Source: a bacterium (GTDB taxonomy: Bacteria > UBA8248). From it: a stretch of DNA of 64,000 nt. Below are positions 39,472 to 49,161 of the stretch, piece after piece. The notes beneath the pieces are model-generated. The model was not told where the DNA came from. It worked only from the letters and a program-made list of their open reading frames with translations, and made no database searches. Numbering within the stretch: position 1 is the first letter of the stretch; the number at the start of each line of letters is the position of its first letter. Both the position numbers and the translations under genes were made by a program. Location of the stretch: assembly GCA_965204535.1 (NCBI GenBank), contig OZ241996.1, positions 448,001-512,000 on the forward strand, given 5' to 3'.

Positions 39472-40896
39472 ATGAGCGCCGATGGACTGAATTTTCTCTC
39501 AATACATGAGCTTGCCCGGCAGATCGAGCAGAAGAAAATCTCACCGCGCGAGGTGGTGGACGCGCATCTGCGGCAAATCGAGGCCCTGAACCCCGAACTC
39601 AACGCGTTCATCACCGTGTGCGCGGACGAGGCACGCGAGGACGCGGCGAAGGCGGAAAGCGAGATTCAGGGCGGCCGCTACCGCGGCCTTTTGCACGGCG
39701 TGCCGGTCGGCATCAAGGACATCATCGATACCGCGGGCGTCCTGACGACGCAGGGGTCGAGCTTTTTCCCCGAAAACGTGCCGGCGGCGGATGCCGAGTG
39801 CGTGAGGAAGCTGAAAGAAGCGGGCGCCGTCGTCGTCGGAAAGTGCAACACGCACGAGTTCGCGGCGGGCTCCACGACGGTGAACCCCCACTACGGCCCC
39901 GCGCGCAACCCCTGGAATCCCGAGCGCGTCTCGGGCGGTTCGAGCGGCGGCTCGGGCGCTGCGGTGGCGGCCTATATGTGTCCGGGCGCGGTGGGAACCG
40001 ACACGGGCGGCTCCATCCGGGGGCCTGCGAGCGCATGCGGCACGATGGGCCTGAAACCCACCTACGGCCGCGTGAGCCTTCGCGGCATTTTCCCGAACTC
40101 CCCGACGCTCGACCACGCCGGCCCGCTCGCAAGAACGGCGCGCGACTGCGGCATCATGCTGCAGGCCATGGCGGGCTACGACCCGGCGGACGCAGGATCC
40201 AAAGACCGCGAGACGCCCGATTTCTGCGCCCTGATAGGCGAGGGCGTCGAGGGGATGCGCTTCGGGGTTTGTGAGGACCTCTATCTCCCGGAAAACGACG
40301 CTTCGGTGCAGAAAGGCTTCGAGAATGCGATAGAGACCATGAAGGCTCTGGGCGGCGCCGTCGTCCATGTGCGATATCCGAACGCGGATAGAATGAGGGA
40401 TGTGCGGCGCATCATCGCCAGCGCCGAACTGGCGGCGGTTCACCGCGAGCGGCTCGCTGCGCATCCGGAAAAATTCGGCGACGACGTCCGCGAGCGCCTG
40501 GAAATTTCGAGCCGCGTGACGCTGGAAGAATACATGCACGCCATGAGAGAGCGGCGCACCCTCACCCGCGAGATGGCGAAGGTGTTCGATGAGATCGATA
40601 TTCTCCTGGCGCCCGGCTATCCCTGCCCCGCGGGGCCCGTTGCGACGATAATGGGCACGGTGAACGGGAAGGAGCATCTCTTCACGGGCCTCGGCAGACC
40701 GCAGACCGGCCCCTACAACCTCTTCGGTTTCCCGACCATGGCGGCGCCTTCGGGCTTCAGCGAAGACGGCCTGCCCGTATCGATCCAGATCGTGGGGCCG
40801 CCCTGGGAGGAGGCGCGCGTGCTGCAGGCGTCCCATGCGTTCGAGGAAGCCACGCCGGAGGTCCGGCGGAAGAAGCCGGCCATGGTCGGCGGGTGA
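39472..40896 (+). CDS. Amidase-signature family protein
   Basis: GVPVGIKD, GGSSGGS, GTDTGGSIR. Confidence 0.92.
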   Translation: MSADGLNFLSIHELARQIEQKKISPREVVDAHLRQIEALNPELNAFITVCADEAREDAAKAESEIQGGRYRGLLHGVPVGIKDIIDTAGVLTTQGSSFFPENVPAADAECVRKLKEAGAVVVGKCNTHEFAAGSTTVNPHYGPARNPWNPERVSGGSSGGSGAAVAAYMCPGAVGTDTGGSIRGPASACGTMGLKPTYGRVSLRGIFPNSPTLDHAGPLARTARDCGIMLQAMAGYDPADAGSKDRETPDFCALIGEGVEGMRFGVCEDLYLPENDASVQKGFENAIETMKALGGAVVHVRYPNADRMRDVRRIIASAELAAVHRERLAAHPEKFGDDVRERLEISSRVTLEEYMHAMRERRTLTREMAKVFDEIDILLAPGYPCPAGPVATIMGTVNGKEHLFTGLGRPQTGPYNLFGFPTMAAPSGFSEDGLPVSIQIVGPPWEEARVLQASHAFEEATPEVRRKKPAMVGG

Positions 40897-40934
40897 TTTA
40901 CCGGATCATTTTCTCATCATGAGGGTATAGAGAT

Positions 40935-41783
40935 ATGACGCAAACCGATGGTTCCACGCTCGTTTCGGCGGCGTGGCTCGCTGAACGCCTGGATAATCCG
41001 AATCTCCACGTCATCGAGGTGTCCTCCGCGGGCGACGACGCCTCCTACCGCGAAGCCCACGTGCCGGGCGCGCACTGGTGGTTCTGGAAAGGGGCGCTCT
41101 GGCACGAGACGGACCGCGCGTTCGCAGCACCCGAAGCGCTGGCCGAACGTCTGGGCGGGATGGGCGTCGGGCCGGATGATGAAATCGTCCTGTACGGCGA
41201 GCCGGTGCAGTTCGGAACCTACGCCTTCTGGGTGCTCAGGATGGCGGGTTTTCAGAACCTGAAGCTGCTCGACGGCGCGAAGAAAAAATGGATGGCCGAC
41301 GGGATGCCCGTATCGAGCGATGCGCCGGAAGCCGCCGCCGTCGCACACACCGCGCCGGATGGGGGCGAGGTCTTAAGCGTGGGCAGGGACGATATTCGAG
41401 ATAAGCTGGGCGCGCCGGGCAGGGTGCTGCTCGACGTGCGCTCGCCCGAGGAATACAGCGGCGAGCGGGTGATGCCGCCTCCCGGTTTCGACCACGGGGC
41501 CGAGCGCGCGGGGCGCATACCGGGGGCCGCGCACCTGTTCTTCCGGGAACTGCTGAACGAGGACGACACCTATAAGAGCACGGAGGAGCTTGCCCGGATT
41601 CTCGGCGGCGCGGGCGCCACAGGTGATGACGAGATAGAACTCGTCCTCTACTGACGCTTGAGCCACCGGGCCAGTCTGGTCTGGTTCGCCATGCGGTATC
41701 TGCTGGGCCATGAAGACGTGAAGATTTACGACGGCTCCTGGACGGAGTGGGGGAGCATCGTCGGTTTCCCGATTGAGAGATGA
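40935..41783 (+). CDS. Tandem-domain sulfurtransferase/rhodanese; catalytic residue encoded by TGA (probable selenocysteine)
   Basis: Frame continues past TGA 41652-41654 as LVLY-U-RLSHRASLVWFAMRYLLGHEDVKIYDGSWTEWGSIVGFPIER; TGA sits at the active-site Cys position; C-terminal YDGSWTEW rhodanese signature. Confidence 0.85.
41665..41685 (+). promoter_or_regulatory. Candidate bacterial SECIS hairpin
   Basis: ACCGGGCCA-GTC-TGGTCTGGT stem-loop (two G-U pairs) starting 11 nt after the UGA; loop G at +20. Confidence 0.55.
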
Positions 41784-41799
41784 GGGAACCCCGTAAGTC

Positions 41800-42600
41800 G
41801 GCGCAGGGACAACCCTTTCGGGTTGCCTTTCAAGGAGAAAAGGCCGACCCCCCGCGAAGGGCCACCGGAATGACGGGCGTTGTCCTGCCCTCTGTGGTTG
41901 TCTTTTTTCGGACAGGCACAGAGGCCTCGGACAGCCCCGACGAGGGGCTGTCACTACATCTCCCTCGCCCCAGAACCAACCCCCCCTACCCCCCCTTGTC
42001 AGGGGGGTAAGAAAGACCCCTCCCCCGACAAAAAAGGATCAACTCCCCCCTTGAGGGTCTGGCTTCCCGAGGGGAAAGCCAGACGAGGAAGCCGAACCGA
42101 CAGGTGAAGGCTGACTCGGTGGGGGGACATGCCACTGAAAAAACTCCCCCCACCGAATCGCTTGCGGGCTTCGCCCTTAGCTCTTCGACTCCCCCTCAAG
42201 GGGGGAGTGAAATACCTTGGGGGTCATTGCTGACTGATGAAGGAAGAACCAACGCAGGGGGGCTTTTCTTCCACCCCCTCGTTGGCGGGCATCGCCTTTT
42301 TTTACCCCCCTGACAAGGGGGGGTAGGGGGGGTTGCCTTTCAGGGTGAGGAGGTGAGCACGACCGGTCGGAAGAAAAAAGGCCGACACCCCGCGAAGGGC
42401 CGGCGGAAGGCGGGACTTGCTGCGACACAATCCCTGAGGTCCGAGGCCCGGCCGAGCGGGGCGCCGGCCTGTCTGCATGACGAAAACAGGGGCCGCCCGT
42501 TGTTCCCCCTCCCGGCTCGAGGACTCAAACTCATAACCGGGAGCGGTACAGTTTGCTCCATCACGAGGGAAGCAACCAACGGGCAACCCCCTTTTCGCTC
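41800..42600. repeat. Nested REP/MITE cluster in a convergent intergenic region
   Basis: C/G-tract arms at ~41978-42007 and ~42305-42334 enclosing CCCCCTCAAGGGGG-type units; AAAAGGCCGAC.CCCCGCGAAGGGCC occurs at ~41838 and ~42377. Confidence 0.75.
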
Positions 42601-42628
42601 TACTTGAGATTTGCTGCCCGCCCGGGCC

Positions 42629-42648
42629 CCGGGGCGGTGAAGCCCCGG
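42629..42648 (-). terminator. Hairpin after the lipoprotein gene (possible terminator)
   Basis: CCGGGGC-GGTGAA-GCCCCGG about 30 nt after the stop; no clear U-tract. Confidence 0.35.
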
Positions 42649-42675
42649 AAGCCTGAGGCGTCGTGCTCTTCGCTG

Positions 42676-44421
42676 CTACTGCTTGTTCACGCCGAAGGCG
42701 CCGACCATTTTGCCGGCCGTGCTGAACTCGGAATAGAACGTGCCGGTCCCGACCTTCGGAATGCCGCCGTCGTCATTGTCGTAGAGCGTTCCGGCCCACT
42801 CGCCGGAGGCGGCGGCGGCCGTCCCGCCCATGGTCCAGACCGTATCGTTGCCGTCCTGGTCTGTGCCTGTCCGAGTAATACCCCCGGTGGGAGCAACGGC
42901 AGCTTCCTTCAACTCGACGGACCAGTCACGCGACATGCCGTCCGCGCCCATGAACTGGTCGATGGTGCCCGTGATCGAATTGTCGGTGAAATCGGCTTTA
43001 AGCGTTGCCCTTGCGGTGAAGTGGCCTGCGTCGTTCGTTCCCCCGGTCGCGCTGTAGAGCGCGTACTTGCCGGCGGCGCCGCCCATGTAGGTCGCCGTTC
43101 CATTCAAGGTATCGAGGGCAGCGGCAGCCGGGACGGCGCCCTTGGTATCCGCGAAAGCGCTCGCGGTGAATTTGCTGCCGTCCTCGGACTTGTGGATCCA
43201 CCAGCCGTAGGAGGCGTAGATCGCGTCCGGCGTGCTCACGACCCTGGTGTTCGGATCGGCGGGCTTGAAGTTCCAGCCGGTAGCGCCTGCCGTAAACGTG
43301 TTGTCGGTCGCCGAAGCCACGGTGCCAAGCTGGAAGCCGTCAGCAGCTACCCGTGAGGCGCATATGGTATCGCCGGTGGGCGTGCAATACCAGGTGCCCG
43401 ACACCCCGTGATAGCTGCCGGCAATCATCACGCGCCGACCACTCTCCGCTAGCTTGAAGGTCTTGACCCCGGCACCCTGGTCGAAGCTCGGACTGGCGAT
43501 CCGCTTCTGGGTGGGCGCGTCGGTCGTCGAGTCGACGACCAGTTCTCCTTCATCATTCAACAGGTACTCGAATCCCGTGGCTGTCGCACTGCGAGTGCCG
43601 AACGGCTTGCCCTGCGTCGGCTCGTCCACGTTCGAGTAGACGACCGCTTCGTACATGCCGTCGTCGTCGGGCTCGGCCGTGTACTTCTTGCCCGCCCAGC
43701 CATGCAGGGCGGCTACCGTCGCATCCTTCTTTTCCGACAGAGCGACGGGATCGGCGGTGCCGATGCCCACCATGATGCGCGTGTCGACGGCAACGCCGGT
43801 GTCGGGAACGGCGGCGTTGTTGTACGCGGCGCCCCGCTGGTCCGCGGTCAAGGCGGTGTTAGCGGCCGTCGTTGTGGTGGCATCGCCACTCGGCGCAGCG
43901 ATGCCGGTATGGAGCTTCATGGCATCCGCCATCATGGCCGCATCCTTGGCCTTCTGCGCATCGTCCATCGCGGTCATGCGGGCCGTCTTGGCGGCGGCAA
44001 GCTGGGTTTCGAGCGCGGTGACGGTTCCGGTGTTCGCGGTTTTCTCCGCCGCCGGAACGTTCTCTGCCGCCGCGATCGCCGCTTTCGCGGCCGCGACCGC
44101 CGCATCGGCGGCGCTCACCTCGGCAGCGTCCGAGTCGTTGTCGACCTTGCCTACCGCCGTCTGGGCGGCCGCCAGTTTCATCTTGATGTCTTCACGCTCC
44201 ATAGCCAATTTCTCTGCCGCCAAATCTGCGGCTGAAGTGCATGTCTCATTGTCATTCCATCGGCCCCCCGCGTCCTCGCACGCCATCTGCGAGTCATCAG
44301 GCATCTCGGCCGGCGCTTGCGTAGAGCCGCCCCCGCCGCCGCAGCCGGCCAGCGTCAGCGCGAAGACCGCCGCCAGCGCGAAAGCGTAAAGCTTGTTTAT
44401 CGGTTTCTCTCTGAACATCAT
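42676..44421 (-). CDS. Surface lipoprotein with Ala-rich coiled stalk and TbpB-like C-terminal beta-barrel
   Basis: Lipobox LAGC followed by GGGGGS; Ala/Lys/Glu helical region; C-terminal GTATYMGGAAGKY..FTARATLKADF..GTIDQF..GKMVGAFG; AGGAGG RBS. Confidence 0.75.
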   Translation of the reverse strand: MMFREKPINKLYAFALAAVFALTLAGCGGGGGSTQAPAEMPDDSQMACEDAGGRWNDNETCTSAADLAAEKLAMEREDIKMKLAAAQTAVGKVDNDSDAAEVSAADAAVAAAKAAIAAAENVPAAEKTANTGTVTALETQLAAAKTARMTAMDDAQKAKDAAMMADAMKLHTGIAAPSGDATTTTAANTALTADQRGAAYNNAAVPDTGVAVDTRIMVGIGTADPVALSEKKDATVAALHGWAGKKYTAEPDDDGMYEAVVYSNVDEPTQGKPFGTRSATATGFEYLLNDEGELVVDSTTDAPTQKRIASPSFDQGAGVKTFKLAESGRRVMIAGSYHGVSGTWYCTPTGDTICASRVAADGFQLGTVASATDNTFTAGATGWNFKPADPNTRVVSTPDAIYASYGWWIHKSEDGSKFTASAFADTKGAVPAAAALDTLNGTATYMGGAAGKYALYSATGGTNDAGHFTARATLKADFTDNSITGTIDQFMGADGMSRDWSVELKEAAVAPTGGITRTGTDQDGNDTVWTMGGTAAAASGEWAGTLYDNDDGGIPKVGTGTFYSEFSTAGKMVGAFGVNKQ

Positions 44422-44649
44422 TTAGCGAGTCCTCCTGAATCAATAGAAAAAGGGATTTTCAGTGAATTTCCGGCTTTCTCCGATTAACCTCCTTTCGTGA
44501 GCTTTCATTTCGGGCCTTCACAAACTGATTCGTATTTTCGGCCGCCTGAAACGCGGCGGAGTTGAACCCTTTCATGCTCCGGGCCGGTCGTTCCGCGAGA
44601 GGCGGATTCCTGCGGTATGCGTCCACCTCGAACCCGGGCTGGCGGCCGC

Positions 44650-44840
44650 TAATTACTGTTATCAGCCCCCAGAAACCCCGTTTTCCGCCGGAAAACCCGT
44701 TTCGGGGCGTATTCGGGCCGCAAACAAGCGAAAGATGAGCGAAAAAAGGCGCAAAACGGCCTCCGAAACCCCTCCGGGGACCCCGGAATTGCGCTTGACA
44801 TGGCCGTGAGAGGTGTTATATTTTCTGATAACAGTAATTA
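44650..44840. promoter_or_regulatory. Candidate invertible promoter (inverton) flanked by 16-bp inverted repeats
   Basis: TAATTACTGTTATCAG (44650-44665) is the exact reverse complement of CTGATAACAGTAATTA (44825-44840); the enclosed segment holds TTGACA (44795) and TG-N-TATATT (44817) facing +. Confidence 0.75.
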
Positions 44841-44849
44841 TCGGACTCT

Positions 44850-45472
44850 AGAAAAGCCGTTTCGGTCGGAATCGACCACCGCCGTCATGCCTGCGCGGAC
44901 ATATATGTCCGACATATATGCGGATGACGGTCCTTCTATGTATCGCCGAACCCCGGAATGACGATGGAAAGCCGCACCCAGGGTAGTGGGCCGTTCGTGA
45001 ACGGCCCTTGCCGGAGAAACGGGCGGTTCGCGAACCGCCCCTACGAGGGTTGTTGAAAAACCCTCCGGTGGGGAAGGAATCCCGATCATCGAATTGTTCA
45101 CCGTAGGGACAGGCCCCTGTGCCTGTCCGAGGCCCCTGTGCCTGTCCGAGGTCGCAACCTGTCCCTACGGATACCTCGCCCCAAAGGCAACCCCCCCTAC
45201 CCCCCCTTGTCAGGGGGGCAAGAAAAAGCAAAACCCACTCAGCTCGGCGGGGGCGCATCGCCTTTTTATACCCCCCTGATAAGGGGGGGTAGGGGGGGTT
45301 GGTTTTATGGGATTTCCCTTTCAAGGGGGTTGCCATTACCCTCTCAGGGGGTTTTTCAGCAAGCCCCTCAAGGGGGGAGTGAATCCTCTCTGCCGAATAG
45401 CAAACAAGTCTGAAAGGGGGGTAGGGGGGCTGTCCTTTATCCCCCGAGGAGGGGGACTTTTCCAACAACCCT
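44850..45472. repeat. Nested REP/MITE cluster
   Basis: CGGACATATATGTCCG, GGGCGGTTCGCGAACCGCCCCTAC, GGGTTGTTGAAAAACCC (45048)...TTTTCCAACAACCC (45472), reverse-orientation C/G-tract core. Confidence 0.8.
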
Positions 45473-45522
45473 CTCAAGGGGAGATGATGGAACCCTCGTA
45501 GCGTATCACAAAGACCCGTGCA

Positions 45523-46503
45523 TCATTTCACGGGATAGCGCGGCTCCTCTCCCCGCAGGACGCGCAACACGTCGGTCGCCGCCTTTCGCCGCATGTCCTC
45601 CAAAGCCGCCGTGCTGTACCACGCGCTGTGCGGCGTGACGCGGCAGTTGGGAAGGGCGAGCAGCGGGTGATTCGGACGCGGGGGTTCAACTTCCAGCACG
45701 TCGAGGCCCGCGCCCCGGATGGCGTTTCTCTTTAAGGCATCGGCCAGCGCATTCTCGTCCACGAGTTCGCCGCGCGCCACGTTGATCAAGACGGCGTCTT
45801 TCTTCATGCGCTCGAGCGCTTCGGCGTTCACCATGCGCCGTGTTTCGGATGTCAAGGGCGCGTGCAGGGAGATGTAGTCGGATTGCTCCCAAATACGTGA
45901 GAGCGCGGCGTTCTCGGCTTCCAGCTCCTCGAAAGCGGATTCTGACGCGAAAGGATCGTGCGCGATGACGCGCATCCCGAAGGCGCGCGCTTTTCCGGCG
46001 AGAGCCGCGCCGATCCTCCCGATTCCCACCACGCCCAGCGTCGCGCCCCGGAGCGGGGCGATGGGCCGGAGCGCGGCGATGCCCCAGCCGCCTTTTTCGA
46101 CTTCCGCCATTCCCCCTTCGAGTTTTCTGGCGAAGTAGAGGATGAGCGCCATGGCGTGATCCGACACCTCATCGACGCAGTAATCGGGTACGGAGGTGAC
46201 CTGGATACCCTTCGCCCTGGCGGCTTCCAGGTCGACGTTGTCCACGCCCACGCCGCCGCGCGCGAGAATCTTGCAGCGCTTTAGCTGAGAGACGACCTCT
46301 GCGGTGAAGGCGGGAATCGAGCCGATGATGACGCCTTCCGCCTCCGCGCAGAGTTCGACCAGGGATTCAGCGTCCGCTCCCATGCCCAGGCGCAGGCGGG
46401 AACCCAGAGGCGAGAGTATTTCCTCCTCGACCGTGGGGGGCCCGAAGCGCGTTCCGGCGACGGCGATGAGCGGGCCGTCTTTTGCGGGTGGACGTAAAAC
46501 CAT
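45523..46503 (-). CDS. D-isomer-specific 2-hydroxyacid dehydrogenase (CtBP-like)
   Basis: RGGVGVDNVD, VPDYCVDEVSDH, GIGRIG, INVARG, TPHSAWYS. Confidence 0.9.
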   Translation of the reverse strand: MVLRPPAKDGPLIAVAGTRFGPPTVEEEILSPLGSRLRLGMGADAESLVELCAEAEGVIIGSIPAFTAEVVSQLKRCKILARGGVGVDNVDLEAARAKGIQVTSVPDYCVDEVSDHAMALILYFARKLEGGMAEVEKGGWGIAALRPIAPLRGATLGVVGIGRIGAALAGKARAFGMRVIAHDPFASESAFEELEAENAALSRIWEQSDYISLHAPLTSETRRMVNAEALERMKKDAVLINVARGELVDENALADALKRNAIRGAGLDVLEVEPPRPNHPLLALPNCRVTPHSAWYSTAALEDMRRKAATDVLRVLRGEEPRYPVK

Positions 46504-46563
46504 GGTTCCCCCGGAAATCCGCGTTTTCGTGCGGCGGGAAGAATGAAAAAGCGCTTCGGCGTA

Positions 46564-46598
46564 AATAAAAACACCGCGGCCCGATGACCGCGGTGTTT
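46564..46598 (-). terminator. Rho-independent terminator of the ferredoxin gene
   Basis: AAACACCGCGG-N8-CCGCGGTGTTT stem followed by a T-run on the minus strand, 18 nt after the stop. Confidence 0.75.
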
Positions 46599-46615
46599 GA
46601 ATCAGCAGGATGGAG

Positions 46616-46927
46616 CTAGCGCAGCACGTTGTCCGACCTGCGCGGCGGGTCGTTCGCCGGGCGCGGCTCGACCGGCTCGTTGTTCTTGAATTCCTCGGTG
46701 AGTTCCGCGTTGATTTCCGCCCATACGGGGTCGTCGTCTTCGCTCTCCAGAATGGCGTCGATCGGGCATTCGGGCTGGCAGACGCCGCAGTCGATGCACT
46801 CTTCGGGGTCGATGATCAGGAAGGGCTCCCCTTTGTATTCACCGGGGTGCATACAATCTACGGGACAGACGCTCACGCACGTCGCATAGCGCTCGCCCAG
46901 GCATTTTTCCCCGATTACAAATGTCAT
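46616..46927 (-). CDS. 7Fe-type ferredoxin (FdxA-like)
   Basis: C-x7-CxxxCPVDC..IDPEECIDCGVCQPECP. Confidence 0.9.
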   Translation of the reverse strand: MTFVIGEKCLGERYATCVSVCPVDCMHPGEYKGEPFLIIDPEECIDCGVCQPECPIDAILESEDDDPVWAEINAELTEEFKNNEPVEPRPANDPPRRSDNVLR

Positions 46928-47126
46928 GGATAATCCCTCCTCGAAAAATGATTATTCTTTCGATTCGAATCCCGAGGGAACGGGCTCCCTGGCGATTCAT
47001 CTTTCTGAGAATTATGTCAGCCTGGATACCCCCAAGCGCAGAGCGATGCTAGCAGATGCCGCTCCCGAAAATCAAGGGTATAGAAGCACAAAATCAAGAT
47101 TCTTTTTACCGGAAGGCGGGGTTTTT

Positions 47127-48083
47127 TCAGCTTGCCGGTTTCGGCGAGGCGTCGAAAATTTTCCCGAGTGCGCGAAGCATGGCTTCGACCGATTCCGGCG
47201 GGACGCCGCCGAGTTCTTCGTGGAAATCGAACCCCTGGAGCCAGCGGAACTTCTCGAGCGAGGCGGCGCTGATGTGCGAGTCCACGCCCAGCGATTCGAG
47301 CGTCGAGACGACGTCTTCCATCTCCTGCGCGCGCCTTTCGGCGACGATGAGGCTCGTGCCCGCCAGGCTCAGGGCCAGATCTCTAAGAGGGAGGCCCTCC
47401 ACGGTGCCGGCGATGGATTCGAGGAGTTCCTCCACCAGCCCGCAGCGCCTCGCCGCCTCGATGGCTTCCAGGAAAGTCATCATCAGCCCCTTGGTGAACA
47501 CGCTGCGCACGACCTTGAGGGCGGAGGCGTCTCCCACGCGATTGCTCAGGACCTGAAGCTGCATCCCGAAGCGCGCCATGGCCTCGCTCAGGCGCCTGGC
47601 TTCGGGACCCGAGATCAGGGTGACGACTTCGTGCCCGTAGACTTCCGCGGGGTCGCAAATCGCCCCGTCGACCGGACTGCCTCCGCCGGCCTCGATGACG
47701 CGGCCGATTTCTTTCTTCGCCTCGGGCGTCGTGGTGTTCAAATCCAGGTATACGGCGCCCCGGATGAAGGGGGAGGCGCTGCGCGCCGCCTCCAGCGCGC
47801 TTTCCGGCGTGACGAGCGAGAGCACGAAATCCGCGCCTTCGAGCGCCTCTTCCATGGACTGCGTCATGAGTATCGCCGGGTGATCGGAGGCGTCGATGTG
47901 TTCGGGCCGCCAGGGCGGTCTTTTCCAGACGCGCACCCCCGCCGCTCCGGCCTCCGCCAGCCCCCGGGCGATGGGCCTGCCCGCCATGCCGAATCCCAGA
48001 ACGCAGACGGTGGGAGAATTTTCGAGGTTCAAGAAAGTTTCTCCATGCGACTTCATGTGGGTGGGTATATGATTCCCGGTCAT
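47127..48083 (-). CDS. NAD(P)-dependent oxidoreductase (6PGD/DUF1932-like)
   Basis: LGFGMAG Rossmann motif, YLDLNT, GDASALKVVRSVFTKG, RRAQEM; start uncertain. Confidence 0.8.
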   Translation of the reverse strand: MTGNHIPTHMKSHGETFLNLENSPTVCVLGFGMAGRPIARGLAEAGAAGVRVWKRPPWRPEHIDASDHPAILMTQSMEEALEGADFVLSLVTPESALEAARSASPFIRGAVYLDLNTTTPEAKKEIGRVIEAGGGSPVDGAICDPAEVYGHEVVTLISGPEARRLSEAMARFGMQLQVLSNRVGDASALKVVRSVFTKGLMMTFLEAIEAARRCGLVEELLESIAGTVEGLPLRDLALSLAGTSLIVAERRAQEMEDVVSTLESLGVDSHISAASLEKFRWLQGFDFHEELGGVPPESVEAMLRALGKIFDASPKPAS

Positions 48084-48201
48084 ATTCCACGCAAACGGGA
48101 TTTTATGGAATGATTATAAGACAAGGCGGGCGTGCGTCTCCAGCGCGTCCGGTATTTTTCATTCACCGCGCGGGCCGGGACGGAGGACGTTCCTCCAGGC
48201 G

Positions 48202-48419
48202 GGGTTGTTGAAAAAATTCTTGAAAGGGTAATGGCAACCCCCTTGAAAGGGAAACCCCATAAAGCAACCCCCCCTACCCCCCCTTGTCAGGGGGGTATAA
48301 AAAGGCGATGCGCTCCCGCCGGGCTGAGGGGGTTTTGCTTTTTCTTACCCCCCTGACAAGGGGGGGTAGGGGGGGTTATTCCCTTGGAATTATTGGCAAA
48401 GACTTTTCCAACAGGCCCC
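48202..48419. repeat. MITE-like element
   Basis: GGGGTTGTTGAAAAAA...GACTTTTCCAACAGGCCCC; core nearly identical to the 3.3-kb copy. Confidence 0.85.
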
Positions 48420-48517
48420 ACACATGGCGACTTCCGCAAAACGCGCTCGTTGATGAGACGAACGCGATAGACGCGCGAGAAGACGCGCGCGGCCTGCTCT
48501 CGCGCTGGCGCGAAAGT

Positions 48518-48982
48518 CTAGTTCGTCACCTTGAGCCTGTAGTCGGGCGTCGGGTTCAGGGGGCAGGAATAGTGATAGTCGCCCTCTTTGAGCGTGATGT
48601 GGTAATCCCTCGATTTCCCCTTCGCGAGGCCGCCCCCCGAGACCTTCGGCAGCGTGAGGCGTCCTATTCCTGCGCCCCTCAGATAAAACCCGAGTGGATA
48701 GGGCACGTTCTTGTTCGTCACCCGGAAAATGTATTTGCCGGGCTTCAGCGTGATGGTTTTGGAGCCGGCGAGGCGCTTTTTCCCGCTTTTCGAGTTGATG
48801 GCCTTGCAATCGGCCGCCCCCATGGTCTTGAACCCGTGGTCCTCCCCCTCGGGTTCGGTGAACTGGCAGCCAGTCTGGGTGAGGGTGATGACGGTCGGCC
48901 CGGCGGCGTACACGCCAGTCGATGCGAGAGACAGCAAAGATGCCGCGAGGAAAATCATGAGCGTTTTGTAGAGGTTTTGCAT
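48518..48982 (-). CDS. Secreted cupredoxin-like small protein
   Basis: Signal peptide; LKPGKYIFRV..LKEGDYHYSCPLNPTP beta-sandwich pattern. Confidence 0.6.
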   Translation of the reverse strand: MQNLYKTLMIFLAASLLSLASTGVYAAGPTVITLTQTGCQFTEPEGEDHGFKTMGAADCKAINSKSGKKRLAGSKTITLKPGKYIFRVTNKNVPYPLGFYLRGAGIGRLTLPKVSGGGLAKGKSRDYHITLKEGDYHYSCPLNPTPDYRLKVTN

Positions 48983-49161
48983 GGCCTGGTTCCTTTTCGG
49001 GTGTGTTTCCGACTCTTCCGGTTTTCATGCCGTTTGACTGATTGGCTGGCGGCTATATTTGATGATAAGCGCATTTCGTGATGCAGGCTTACTCAGAACA
49101 GCATATCAAAAAGATGCGGTGCATGGATGAAAAAACGCCAAATCCATCGTCAGCCGAATGA

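Noticed and set aside
41800-42600. Possible CRISPR array or ncRNA in repeat-rich intergenic regions
   Set aside because: Repeats are inverted and irregularly spaced, with no constant repeat-spacer period and no cas genes
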